Positions 26,461-40,084 of a DNA stretch of 64,000 nucleotides are shown piece after piece. Within the stretch, counting starts at the first letter, position 1; the number at the start of each line of letters is the position of its first letter. Location of the stretch: positions 22,320,099 through 22,384,098 of the forward strand of contig NC_068992.1 in NCBI RefSeq assembly GCF_001194135.2. Direction: 5' to 3'. The DNA comes from Octopus bimaculoides (taxonomy: Eukaryota). The notes beneath the pieces were generated by a model. The model made no database searches, was not told the origin of the DNA, and saw nothing but the letters and a program-made list of their open reading frames with translations. The translations under genes were made by a program, and so were the position numbers.

Positions 26461-27529
26461 TGTATATATAAGTATATATATGTATACGTATACATATATA
26501 TATATATTTACACACATGTATATATATGCACGCAAACACACGCATGTATGTATATGAGTATGTATAGAGCACACAAACATATCATATCATATCATTTCAT
26601 TTCATTGAGTTTATGTGTTTACACAAAAGATCTATTTGATTTGGCAGATCTCCTCACAGAAAGGTTTATGAGTTCAATCCTAGTTAACAACAAGTGAGCA
26701 AAATTAATCTGATTTGCATGATGCCAACGAAATGATTGGAGAGCAATAAAGAACTGCCAATCATATCAATGATGATTGCTAGTGACATAGGATAAGTGCA
26801 AATATTTGACAACATAATTGATTTGGCTGTGTGCCACCTACTCTCCTCGATAGCAATGAAAATATTATTATTTTGCCCTCAATACTTGTACTTACTTAAA
26901 TAAAGACAACGTGAAGATTCAACGCAAGATGAGCTACTCCAGTGGTTGCCATTGATTGAGCAGCAAACATTGGACGTATACAGACCCTGTGATCAAATTA
27001 AAACGAGAGTTCATGCAAACTTTCTTGTATCTGTGTTAGATAATATCAAGTGTGGTGTATTAGTGTATTTTACACTTTAAGGTTAAATTCACTAGATATA
27101 AAGATGGGTGGGTCAACAATTGGATTTCTATTCTTGTTAGTCTTATTTTCATTCTTCATCTATTAGATATTTCAATTAAGAATTTTTGTTCGCATCCAGC
27201 ATTCAGACTTTTATGCATATCTCAAGTCATTAGTACATCTAACTTATTTTACTTGACTCATTTTTATTTGTTAATTATACAGTTTTACCAATGGCAAAAG
27301 ACTTTAAAAAACACCATTTGGTTATGTAAAATTCTTTGTGAAGTGACGAGACTCTATGCTGATGATTACAAAGAGACCGAAACATAGTTGTTCTCTTCCT
27401 GAAAACAAAGATTAATTTATTTCCGGAGATAAATTTATAAATACAAAAAATTTTCATATAAAAAAAAACAAAAAAAAACAAAAACAAAACAAATGACTAT
27501 TCCGACTTGAACCTATCATTTTTTTAAAG

Positions 27530-27718
27530 TGCTGAACTGGCAAATTTGTTACTATGCCGGACAAAATCTTTAACAATTTTCTCCGGCTCTACGTTCTGAG
27601 TTCAAATTCCGCCTTTAATCCTCTCGAGGTAGATAAAATATGCACTAGTTGAGCACTGGATTCAATGAATGCGACTAGAACCTTCTAAAATTTCAGGCCT
27701 TATAGTAGAAAGAATTAT
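27530..27718 (+). mobile_element. SINE group M, diverged
   Basis: 'acgttctgagttcaaattccgcc...agttgagcactgg...aaaatttcaggcctt'. Confidence 0.75.
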
Positions 27719-28729
27719 GAGGACCTTTACGTATTTCCGCATATGATCACAGAAGTTCGTTTGCAAAAATTAAGTTTTTAAAATTATTTTTATTGATACT
27801 TCCAGATCCATCGTTAGGACGAGAACTGTTATTCGCTCCTGTGCTGCATCTTTTACAATGGGTAACTCTTATTTATGTGCACCGTACCATCATAACTGAC
27901 TGGGATCATATCTTTTGAGATTAGAGTTATATATCAACAGTTTCATGCTCGTCCTGTCTTTGACGCACATATGTCGTGTTTGTCTTTATTATAGTTTTGT
28001 GTTTTGATGTGAGTATTGCTCCCATAATTAATCATCTATATTTGTGAGTAATCCCGTATAAAATGGAAATATTATCTATTAACATTTTCTTACCAAGCTT
28101 TGTTTTACGGAGTGTAGTGTTGTGTGCTGCAATTACTTTTAGTTGTAAATGCATTGTTCACCTACGGTATCGTGTTGTAGTCGTATGGCCACAGAATTTT
28201 GAAGTTTACGACACTCACTTTTACAGTCAAACATGTATATAAAAACACAAAATTTGAAAGCATAGAACAAATTCTCGCCAACATGTAATGAAAAATACTT
28301 GCTTCATGGTTGAACTTCACTGTTTACAGCTGCTACTACGGTGGTGTGGGGGTATTACGTATGATGGAAGTAAAACGAGATGTTTGGTATAACTGCTTTG
28401 GCGCTGACTGATTTGACCCTGACTTATGAGGCAGCTGACATTTTAATGCTTCTCTCGTTCTCTCGCCTTTCATCTCCCGCTCTCTGTCTCCCTCTATCCA
28501 TGTGTGTGAGCATGGTTCTCTTTATGAGTATGAAAGAAAATTTTCAAGACGTTCATTTAATAAATTGAAATGTTTCTTTCTTTCTTTCTGTCTCTCTCTA
28601 TCTCTCTTGTTTGTTAAATTTAACTTAAATACCTGATTCTAGCTGAATCAATGGTAGAATGGGCGCTAAATCCAGACTATATGCTGGATGTGGCATTAGT
28701 TCGATTCCTTAACGTTCTTGGAATTTATT

Positions 28730-29292
28730 CCGGGTCGTTCGAGTGCTATGACGTCTTGCACTATCTTGCTGCAGAATAGCTCGCTTTTTGGTAACCAGTG
28801 CCTGGTGTTTTAACGCACAATGGCATGCACCCGCTCCAGCTGTTCGGAGTAAGGGTTGGCATCGATTGTTCGACCGTGCGTAACGAACTCCTAGTGAATT
28901 ATCCCCTCATAATTCTACTGGACTCAGTGCATAACTTTGTGTTTGAAATACTCATGTTTGGTGACAGGTCCCGGAGCTGGCTCTAGCTTATGCACGTTAG
29001 GATTGCAGGAAAATATCTCCCTCAGATTATTACTTGTTCCGATCCCTGTCTCAATTCTAGTGTTAGCAATGCGTCACCAATCAAGAGGAGGTGGAAGCCT
29101 CTGGGAAGGAGTTCTTCGCCTCGAAGTAGAAGAACTGGTATCAGCATCAGATCAAAGAACTGGGAGAAAAGTTGGCTTCAGACGGAGTAATACGGTTGTC
29201 TCTATTTTTAATGCTAGACTGCTTTTGTTGTGACGTGACGAATAAAGCAAATGTTATCAAAATATTACAAAACTTTTGCCTGAACACAATGT
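28730..29292 (+). mobile_element. decayed mariner (DD34D) transposase C-terminal half with 3' TIR-like end
   Basis: From 29013: ISPSDYYLFRSLSQF*C*QCVTNQEEVEASGKEFFASK*KNWYQHQIKELGEK, matching mariner PDLAPSDYHLFRSLQ...EEV...EFFASK. Upstream VLHY and IILLD segments; end 'acaaaacttttgcctgaacacaat' resembles a mariner TIR. Confidence 0.7.
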
Positions 29293-29506
29293 TCTTTTCT
29301 ACTCTATGCACAAGGCCCAACATTTTGGGGGAGTGAGCTAGTCCATTAGATCGACCCCAGTACACAACTGGTACTTAATTTATCGACCCCCGAAAGGATG
29401 AACTCAAAGTCGACCTCGGTGGAATTTGAACTCAGAACGTAAAGAGAGACGAAATAGCGTTAAACATTTTGCCTGGCGTGTTAACGTTTCTGCCAACTCA
29501 CCAACT
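29292..29506 (-). mobile_element. SINE group M, full length
   Basis: 'atcgaccccagtacacaactggtacttaatttatcgaccccc...aaagtcgacctcggtggaatttgaactcagaacg'. Confidence 0.9.
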
Positions 29507-29936
29507 TGACTTATTTGTATATTCTGAGATTTAATTCATTAGAATTGACACTTGCACAGCTTCTTCGAAGAGAATTTGCTTTAGAATTAACGACAACTCG
29601 TGTTTTAAGCAAATAACATAAACCTACATAGCTTTTCATTATGAATGAGTAAATAATATATGATATGATATGTACAAATGGTCTTACAAATATAGAAAAT
29701 ATTTATCATCACCAGCATGCTGAAGGGAACCATTTATCGATATTTATCGATATGAAATATCCAACACCAGGTTAGAAACCATATCGACTTGATCGGTTGG
29801 ATGATCGGGAACAAAAGAAATAAATACTATTAGAATAGAACAAGCGTTGCTGAATAGATTTAGCAGTCACTAATCCCATACACAATGGTGCTGTCCATAG
29901 GTTCTTACATACATGCAAGTATACATACATGCATAC

Positions 29937-30059
<123 letters not shown>

Positions 30060-30352
30060 TATCCATACATTCAAATGTAAATGTTACATTGATTTGCTAC
30101 AAAATAACCAGATTTCAGATATCCAAGAGAACTGAAATTCTGACATGTTTCTTCTTTCTTAGAGAAATAGGAAATCAGAAGTTTGGTAGCAGACTTGTCT
30201 TGCCCAAAGCGTACTTCTTACATAACGGAATTCGACATCCGTATATTTATCTCAAATACAATAGACTGAATAAAGCACCGACGGCAGTTCTACAGACAAT
30301 GTTTCCTTGTGTTTATAAATCTCTTTACATCATATATCTATTACATAATTAT

Positions 30353-30546
30353 GGATTTCAAATTTGGCACAAGGCCAGCAAGTTCAGGGGATGGGGTAAG
30401 TCGATTATATCGACCCCAGTTCTCAACTGGTACTCATTTTATCGCCGCCGAAAGGGTGCGAAATTTGAACTGAGATCGTGAAGATGGACGAAATACCTCT
30501 AAGCCTTTTACCCGGGGTGCTAACGATTCTGCCAGCTCGCCGCCTT
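30353..30546 (-). mobile_element. SINE group M
   Basis: 'ggcacaaggccagc...tcgattatatcgaccccag...gctaacgattctgccagctcgccgcctt'. Confidence 0.9.
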
Positions 30547-31776
30547 CGACTTTTGTTACGTAATCATTTCTACCAGTTTATTTTCAAAACTAGAATGTTG
30601 TAAAAAAAAGTATCTGATATTTAAAGGCTGATATTTAAAGTTGAAGATATGTCCTATATACATCAATACAGATACAACTTGAATGATTGTGATCCTAAAG
30701 AAAATTTAATATGAAAGTTTCTTTTTTATAATACAAATAAATGCATTTTGATAGAAATACAAATTTTAAAGCGTATTATTCTAAGCATAACACTTTCTTG
30801 CAGATATAAACATCCTAAATTCTACAAATAAAGCAATTTAACTCGATGATAGATCCTCAGCCATCACAACAACTAATGTTATGCTTAGACAGATTCCTCT
30901 ACCACACACTAACAACTTCTGTTCTTCTGAATTACAAACTTCATGCAACTTCTTCGGAAGCTCAAGAAGTGTGCACTCTTGTGATTTTCTTGTCGTTCCT
31001 ATTGTGCTTTACGCACAAACTTCGTAGCAAAGAGATTTTCCAATTATTTTCAACCAGAACTCCGTAATATTTTCTCAATAAATTACCATCTTTCAGAATT
31101 TCAAGACAATAACAACCTCACCAATCTCATTAGACTGTACAGTCTGGGAAATTCAATGAAAGTCTTAAGTCGCTCTGACGTAATATTATATATCCTCTAC
31201 AGTTATATTATACACAGTCAGCCAAAAGACACCCGACAGTAAATCAAAATTCCTTAAATACTATCTGTAATTCTGTATTGACTCGAATGGAAAAATGTGT
31301 CGCTCAAGAAGGACTTCCGTTTGAACAATTTTCATGATGTTTCATATTTAGGTGCTTNNNNNNNNNNNNNNNNNNNNNNNNNNNNNNNNNNNNNNNNNNN
31401 NNNNNNNNNNNNNNNNNNNNNNNNNNNNNNNNNNNNNNNNNNNNNNNNNNNNNNNNNNNNNNNNNNNNNNNNNNNNNNNNNNNNNNNNNNNNNNNNNNNN
31501 NNNNNNNNNNNNNNNNNNNNNNNNNNNNNNNNNNNNNNNNNNNNNNNNNNNNNNNNNNNNNNNNNNNNNNNNNNNNNNNNNNNNNNNNNNNNNNNNNNNN
31601 NNNNNNNNNNNNNNNNNNNNNNNNNNNNNNNNNNNNNNNNNNNNNNNNNNNNNNNNNNNNNNNNNNNNNNNNNNNNNNNNNNNNNNNNNNNNNNNNNNNA
31701 TATATATATATATATATATAAATTAGAAATGATCTAATTATATATCTCACAGAGAGAATTAAGCAGCAGTGTTGCG

Positions 31777-32211
31777 ATAAAGCAGTTGTATACTGTCAAC
31801 TTAATGTGACAGTCCCAATAAGGGAATCATACTGCTGCTATTTAGCCCTAGGAAGCTGGACCGCTTCCTGTCGGCTTTGACACATTACCTGTGTCCTTAT
31901 ATTTGCGAGGGGGAGACAAGCAGTGAATGTGTTTTCACTAAAAATATATATGTTTGCGAGGGTTTGACATGCATCTTCTGCCAGCTGGTGTCGCTACTTC
32001 AGGCTGATGGCGAGCAATGACTCAGAAACATGTCCCTGAATGCACACTATGCTAGGTGGGGGTGCTTGTCTCCTCCTCGTAAATATAAGGACACAGGAAA
32101 TGTGTCAAGGCCGATAGGAAGCGGTCCAGCTTCCTAGGGCTAAATAGCAGCTGTATGATTCCCTTATTGGACTGTCAGTCACATTAAGTTGACAGTATAC
32201 AACTGCTTTAT
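31777..32211. mobile_element. fold-back / MITE-like element with ~146 bp terminal inverted repeats
   Basis: 31777-31922 is the reverse complement of 32063-32211 (6 substitutions and 2 indels by eye). TA at both ends fits a TA target-site duplication. Confidence 0.8.
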
Positions 32212-32396
32212 AAATATATAGTTTTAGAGAAAAGAACCAATGTTCATGAACTCATCCATGAAAATCCACAGTCTCATGTAGAAAAATTAATAAGTAAATT
32301 AATAGATAGATAGATAGAGAGACAGACAGAGGGACAGACAAACAAAGCGACGGACGGACGGACAGACAGACAGATGGATGGATGGATGGATAGATT

Positions 32397-32435
<39 letters not shown>

Positions 32436-32786
32436 AGAGAGAGAGAGAAAAAAAGAGAGAGAGGCATGCGTGTATATATATGCGTGCACACAGACACACG
32501 TACAGACACACACGCACACACACACATACGTATATGTAGTTTACTGTTTTGTTAAGGCAAAGATGAACAAAAAAAAGTACTCCATCCAGCGAGAGATAAA
32601 TATAATTTAATATCTTGTGATAAGAAATCGGTTTAGTTGTCCACAAAATATTAAGGAATATAATACATATATGTATATTTATATCAATCACTCAATCTAT
32701 CTATCTGTCTGTCCGCCTGTCCGTCCGTCTGTCTATCTATCTATCCATCCATCTATCTATCCATCCATCTATCTATCTATCCATCC

Positions 32787-32847
<61 letters not shown>

Positions 32848-32958
32848 ATCATTTATAGTTATATATACTTATCTAACACTATTATACTATCACGATATCA
32901 ACCAAAAGTAAATCTTTGAGTGTTGCATGCCTTGTAAGATCTCTCACCGCCCAATTAC

Positions 32959-33068
32959 CACCAAATTCTTTTCGCCAAGTGTCTCTCATAAATTTGCAGA
33001 ACTCTTCTATCTTCATGTTCTCAATCATGCTAATTCCACGGTGTACAAACTTAACACAGCGCTGTTTT
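32959..33068 (-). CDS. candidate internal exon (KQRCVKFVHRGISMIENMKIEEFCKFMRDTWRKEFG), unknown protein
   Basis: Acceptors gtgtcAG (33070-69) or aaaacAG (33063-62); donors GGTG|GTAATT (32958) or GGCG|GTGAGA (32947). Open, non-repetitive, protein-like frame. Confidence 0.35.
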
Positions 33069-34505
33069 CTGACACACACAAAAGCGCTACAGCACACAAA
33101 AATGTATATGTATATATTACTCTTTGTTTCATGAAAATCTTTACCCCATGATAGCAAGAAAATAGAGGCTGTCAGTAAGATACAGTAACTTGCTATGCTT
33201 GAAGTATAGGTTCACACTACTAACTTAAAATGGATAATATTCTTAATGATTTTACTAGCCCTGTAATGATACCACCAATACTACAATTCATACATGTACG
33301 TATATTCACACACGCACTTATGCATGAATGTTTAAGTACATATACATAAATACACAAACGTGTGCCGTACACATCCTCATATACTTATATATCATATATA
33401 TATATATATAGAGAGAGAGGTGCATGCTTTCTTTAGTAATTTTCGTTTTGACTGAAGATTTACGTAAAGTGAGAACAAACAAATAATAAGTGATGTAATA
33501 CACAGTAATATTATTGGTGTGAAAGAAATTGTATTGATTTCTCAATGAAATGATCAATCATAGAAGAAATATAATGTTTACAAATGTGTGAAATATGTTT
33601 ACTAAATAATGGAAATCCTTCTGGAAAAATATAATAGACCTTCTGACCATATTTAATCAATCATAATACTCAATTATACATACGTGCGCACACAGTTGAT
33701 ATATATATATATATATATATATAATATGGTATACATATATATTATATATGATATACATATACATTGTATATTATGTTATACACACAGACACACATATATA
33801 TATATATACACGCGCACACGAAAGAACGTTTGCGGAGGATTGATATGCAGATATCTATGCAAATTTACCTAATGTAATTGTTTATATAATTACAACTGTA
33901 AAATATATGTATTCGCATATAACTATTCTGAGTAAGTTATACAGCCAGGCATACACGCATACATATATACATACACACACACACCACATACGCATGCACA
34001 TACACACACACTCGCATATATATACACACACACCCATACCGACACACATTTACGCACGTATATGTATACACACATTCACATATATATAAATATACATCGA
34101 AGAGGTTAATAGTAACTTCGAAGATGCCTATCATTTATCTTTGTAATTTGCTGTTATATATAACTATACACGAATCCAAACATTAATATAAATAGCCGAT
34201 TTGTACGTGTCAGACAAATTAAATAGACTGAGAGTGAATATTGAACCTGAAGCAATTATATTATAGAAAAGTTATCACAGTTATTTAAGATGCCGCAAAA
34301 TATGAAATATTTCGTTTAGTTTTCCAATTTTCAAAATTTTTATCATGGATTTGCGAAGTGGTTACGGGCAAAATTCCATTGCAACAGTTGAATATTATTT
34401 ATTTTTGAGCTTCTATAGGCGTCGATGATTTTTGAAGTTACGAACAAATGTCCTAACGTATATACGTATATTATATATACGTTGCACACTCATACACACA
34501 CATAC

Positions 34506-34570
34506 TGATGTGGGCATACACAGCTGTTTGAGGTATGCCGAAGGCAAGACTTGATTAGAGTGAAGTGCTT
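34506..34570 (-). CDS. candidate 65 nt internal exon
   Basis: Pyrimidine-rich acceptor cttcatacatctttcaatgcAG and donor CA|GTATGT. Two open frames: (E)ALHSNQVLPSAYLKQLCMPTS or KHFTLIKSCLRHTSNSCVCPH. Confidence 0.25.
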
Positions 34571-35004
34571 CTGCATTGAAAGATGTATGAAGCAGTAAAA
34601 ATAATCCAGTAACATCAGTCGCCAACTATCCTCAGTGATTTTTTTTTGGAAACATCTCCAAAATCATACATCCGAGGGAAATAATCACCGGCTTAAAAAA
34701 ATTCATTGCTGACTTTCCTTAGAATCGTGTGGATAGCCATCACAACTTTACTCATAAGCCTGACAAAACCGTAAACTGTATAAAAATTCGGCATCAAACC
34801 AAAACAAATCGTCTCACCTTAACTTTCTAACAACCATCATTTTACAAACAAGTTATAACCTTCTGTAACGTTGGATACAAAACTACTTCGCTAATCTATC
34901 CACAACATACATAATTCTCAATGAGCACAATCTAATGTAGACGATCCAGCAGAAACTTTGAAGTCAATGTCAAACTTTTCCATGTAAAAGTTTACATGCG
35001 TGTG

Positions 35005-35062
<58 letters not shown>

Positions 35063-35101
35063 NNNNNNNNNNNNNNNNNNNNNNNNNNNNNNNNNNNNNN
35101 N

Positions 35102-35166
<65 letters not shown>

Positions 35167-35429
35167 AACATATGCGTGTGTATAGATGCATTTTGTCTGC
35201 CTGCTTGTGTGCTTATATGTAGCCCAGAGATGAATAGATCACAACATTGGGAAAATAGTTACAAGCTAGCTTCACAGAACGGTTCAAGATATCCAAAATC
35301 CATTAAAAGCAAGGTCTTATTATGGTTCAAGTACATACGCACACTTACATTCAAACACACACTTACATACACACCACCCTCTTCCTCTATCACACATAAA
35401 ATATACTGATTAAAAACACTCTCACTCAC

Positions 35430-35550
35430 CCATATACACATGTATGAAGTGTCTTGCTCAAGAACACATCGCACCACTAGGTCTAGAAATTGAAACCACG
35501 ATCTAGTAATCGTGAGTGCAACTCCCAAACCATTAACCCCTGCGCACCCC
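35430..35550 (-). mobile_element. SINE group B head fragment
   Basis: 'gaagtgtcttgctcaagaacac...gaaattgaaaccacgatctagtaatcgtgag'. Confidence 0.7.
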
Positions 35551-36179
35551 ACAGATATAAGTAATAATTTTATATTGGGCTGTACATCTTGTAGTATGCT
35601 GTTTAAAGTCCGTTCACAGTATTAGGCTACCTGATGTAATCAACAGCATGGAGATATATGTCACTAGATTTATTTCAGTAATTCCTCTGTCCACATAGAT
35701 TTTATAAAAATATGAGAGGAAGAAAGTAGAATTCGTGAGACTTTTTATTGTGGTGCATCCTATATGCACATACATACATATGTATATATATAATATATCT
35801 ATATGTATATATATATATTTATATAAATAAGGATAAGATCGGTATTTAAAATATTGATCTTATCAAGTGAAGATCGGTATTTAAAATATTGATCTTATCA
35901 AGTGGTCAGCATGGGAATAAAAACCATCAAAGGTAATAATTATTTAAAATTATAATACAGGGTATCAAGAGATACCACCACGCTGAAAAAATAGCAGTCA
36001 AATCCTGACTCCAAAACCACAATAAATGTCCGCAAGGTACATGTATGTATATGTNNNNNNNNNNNNNNNNNNNNNNNNNNNNNNNNNNNNNNNNNNNNNN
36101 NNNNNNNNNNNNNNNNNNNNNNNNNNNNNNNNNNNNNNNNNNNNNNNNNNNNNNNNNNNNNNNNNNNNNNNNNNNNNTT

Positions 36180-36522
36180 ATGACTCTCGGTCATAGGATC
36201 GAGGTTTCGATTCCCAGACCGGGCGTTTTTAGTGTTTATTAAGCGAAAACACCTAAAGCTCCACGAGGCTCCGGAAGGGGATGGTGGCGAACCCTGCTGT
36301 ACAACTTTCTCTCACTCTTACTTCCTGTTTCTGTTGTGCAGGTAATTCAAAGGGTCAGCCTTGTCATACTAAGTCACGCTGAATCTCCCCGAGAACTACG
36401 TTAAGGGTACACGTGTCTGTGGAGTGCTCAGCCACTTGCACGTTAATTTCACGAGCAGGCTGTTCCGTTGATCGGATCAACTGGAACCCTCGACGTCGTA
36501 AGCGACGGAGTGCCAACAACAA
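36180..36522 (+). mobile_element. tRNA(Arg)-like-headed SINE (octopus OR-type by inference), start lost in gap
   Basis: Highly similar to 43817-44148; ends 'ctcgacgtcgtaagcgacggagtgcc' plus (aac)n. Confidence 0.85.
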
Positions 36523-37135
36523 CAAAGTGTATATATATATATATACATCATATATACCTATATATATGTATGTATATATGTACATATATATATATACATA
36601 CATACCAGCATTGTTTGCCAGCGGTTTGTTAAAATGTGTAGATATTTTTGACATGAATAGAATATATTAAAAGTTACAAAGAAATGTCTCTATTTAACGC
36701 ATAAGTGGTTTGACAAAATCTGTATCAATATTTTTTAACAAACAATGAAGTTGAATTAAATAATTGTGTTCCTTTAAATACCAAACTGTTAGCGAATTAA
36801 TTCCAGATACACGTGTTTAGAGAATGAATTTCGAGTATCTAACTGTACTTTGCAGTCATCTTAATTCTTTATTGTAAGCTAAAGTCTTGAACGCAACATT
36901 CACTAACTTTTTGTGTCTACATAAAAAGAGTATTGTAAAGTTGGTTCTATTTTGTTAATTCTAGATCTAGCTATTTCCAATACGGACGCACGCACGCGCA
37001 CACACATACATTCACACACATGCACACACTTACACACACACAGACGCAGACGTGCACACAGATACACAAGCAAGCATGCGTGTATGCATATGCATATAGA
37101 TACACACATATGTATATATATATATATATATATGC

Positions 37136-37197
<62 letters not shown>

Positions 37198-39086
37198 ATA
37201 TATGTATACATATATATATACATATATACATATATACATCAGTTTATGTGTGTGTGTATGTGTATGTGTGTGTGAGTGTGTGTGTGTGTATAATGCACAA
37301 ACACAAAAGGAGACAAGAAGATTAAATTTTAACTTCAACTTTGTTAGTCTAAAGCCGATGAGAATAATCAGCGTCCATCTTTGTTGTAGATTTTGCTAGA
37401 CTGAGATTTTGGAATAATCTGGTGAAGTTAGTACGTTTCATTGACGTCGTTTTAGTAAAATAGTTGCTGGAAAGTATTGTGTGTGGATGAAAAAGTTTGA
37501 AAAAGATTTCATTTGTAGTGATGAATGATACAACGAGATATTCGTTACACCTGGGAGCAATGGAGAGGTTTTGCGATGGGGTGACACGTGATCCCAAAAC
37601 TTACATCTTTCCCCTTGCTCTACGCCATCTGTCAACGTTAATGTATATATATATATATGGCAAAAATTTAGATTCAGATGAATTAAGTACTTAATTTGTG
37701 GTACCAGAATTTAGTACGTTATTATCGATACGGTTTCAAAATAAGGTAATTAAAATCAAAATAAGCAACAAGCATATCCAAAGGTAATGCAGTAAAATCG
37801 TTTCAAACGACTTCATTCAATTGAACAATGCAACCATTACATCAATTTAAATGCAGAGCAATCCTCAGCTGCATAAGTACATAGAATTAATTTAAATTAA
37901 AACAGATGGACACATTAGTATAATTTTACCTAAAACCTCCAAGAAAGTAAGGAGATAGACAAAGAACATGCCGTCTTCACTTCAGCATATATATATATAT
38001 ATATATATANNNNNNNNNNNNNNNNNNNNNNNNNNNNNNNNNNNNNNNNNNNNNNNNNNNNNNNNNNNNNNNNNNNNNNNNNNNNNNNNNNNNNNNNNNN
38101 NNNNNNNNNNNNNNNNNNNNNNNNNNNNNNNNNNNNNNNNNNNNNNNNNNNNNNNNNNNNNNNNNNNNNNNNNNNNNNNNNNNNNNNNNNNNNNNNNNNN
38201 NNNNNNNNNNNNNNNNNNNNNNNNNNNNNNNNNNNNNNNNNNNNNNNNNNNNNNNNNNNNNNNNNNNNNNNNNNNNNNNNNNNNNNNNNNNNNNNNNNNN
38301 NNNNNNNATATAAATATATATATATAGTACAAAATGGTACAAGAACGCAAAACATCCGGACAGTTAGGTGATACAAAAATGGGAGAACGTTGTCAATTGT
38401 GATCAAGTATTAGTAAGGGTTCTAACGTTATCAATTATAATAATGACTTTGAAAATTGGCCCATGTTAACGGAGAACCGATATAGTTAATCTAATCATTA
38501 TTGGTGATTTATTGAAACTTATTATTGCATTCCTTGGAAGAAAGAAGCTAACACTTGCTGTATTTGAACTCCAGACGTTTAATTATTTAGTACGAAGAGA
38601 AAGGGCGTTGCATAAGGAACTTTGTTCCAGATGTCACAAGTCTGATTGGAAATAAGTATTAAGTTTCCCTCAGATAGTGTTCTCATCTAAATGCTTACAT
38701 CAGAGTGAAATGTGCTAAAAGCACTTCATGGCTAGGTTCATTGAAGGAGGAAAAGAAATACTTTTGGTCTACACGAAGCTATGGTAGATAGTGTCGTTCT
38801 GAGGCTTGAGTGCATTGGACAGTTTTCCGGATTCCTCGCGGGTCTAGGGGTTCAATTGCGATCTATATGTGCTGTGGGTTGTCGGAAAACATATGATATA
38901 AGGCCCAGTGCATTGATTTTTCCGGGGTGCCATAAATCTGCTAAAAAATAACCCTGATGGTAGAAGATACTTTCCTGAAGGCGCCGCGCTGTGTGATTGA
39001 AACTAAAACTGTAGTTAAATTTATAAAGATAAGTAAAGTTTATGAAAGGATATTATAAGCTGGTAACGTGGTTAAAAAGGGCAATT

Positions 39087-39136
<50 letters not shown>

Positions 39137-39349
39137 TACCATCATCACAAAATAGTCATACTAGAATGTGTCTGATGCCATAACTAAAGTGGCATACAGA
39201 AACAGAGAGAGAGACATACATGCACACATGCATACATGCATATATACATACATACACACCGACATACACACATACATAGGTACATACAAACATATATATA
39301 CATATATAAATATATATATATATGTATATACACATATATACATATATAT

Positions 39350-39388
<39 letters not shown>

Positions 39389-39390
39389 TG

Positions 39391-39451
<61 letters not shown>

Positions 39452-40084
39452 GCCTACAAACGTACCTATGTACCTAGCAATCTTACTGACATTCACACAC
39501 ATGTATATATATGTATATACCTACATGCATACGCGCATACATATCTATATAATGTCTACTCACTTCCCTGCACTACGACTGAATACAGACGCCCATACAC
39601 ATTACGACAATCAACTGTCCAGCTGTTTCGTGTAATTCAAAACAAACAGGTACCAACAGTAAATTGTAAGAAATATCTGCGTATGTAAACAAATAGCTAT
39701 GTAATAACTCAAGACGAACTGAAAGAGAATGAGGAAAAACAATGCGAAAGAAATAGACTCACACACATACACCAAAGCACATGTCTCTCTTAAGCACATA
39801 CTTAAACAAACACGTACACATATACATGCACATACAAACACACACACAAACTCATTGACACGCAGAGAAACACAGACTCACACAGAAGCACATACATCCG
39901 CAGGCTCACGCAAAAAGCACACGTTCTTTCTCACGTACATACGAAGACGAACGAGCAGACCTATGCGCACGCAATCACGCAATGATACGCATATTCACTC
40001 ACATGCGCACACACATAAACGTACACGCCCACATACCAACAAGCACGCGAACGCACGCGCACAAAAAAAGAGAGACACATACAC

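Noticed and set aside
26640-27060. Possible hAT transposase relic (SDLHDANEMI; ANFLVSVLDNIK)
   Set aside because: Only a vague resemblance with several stops; needs a profile search.
37390-37600. Possible Tc1/mariner (DD37D-like) relic (DFARLRFW...LKKISF/SDE)
   Set aside because: It needs several assumed frameshifts and has no TIRs; too weak to call.
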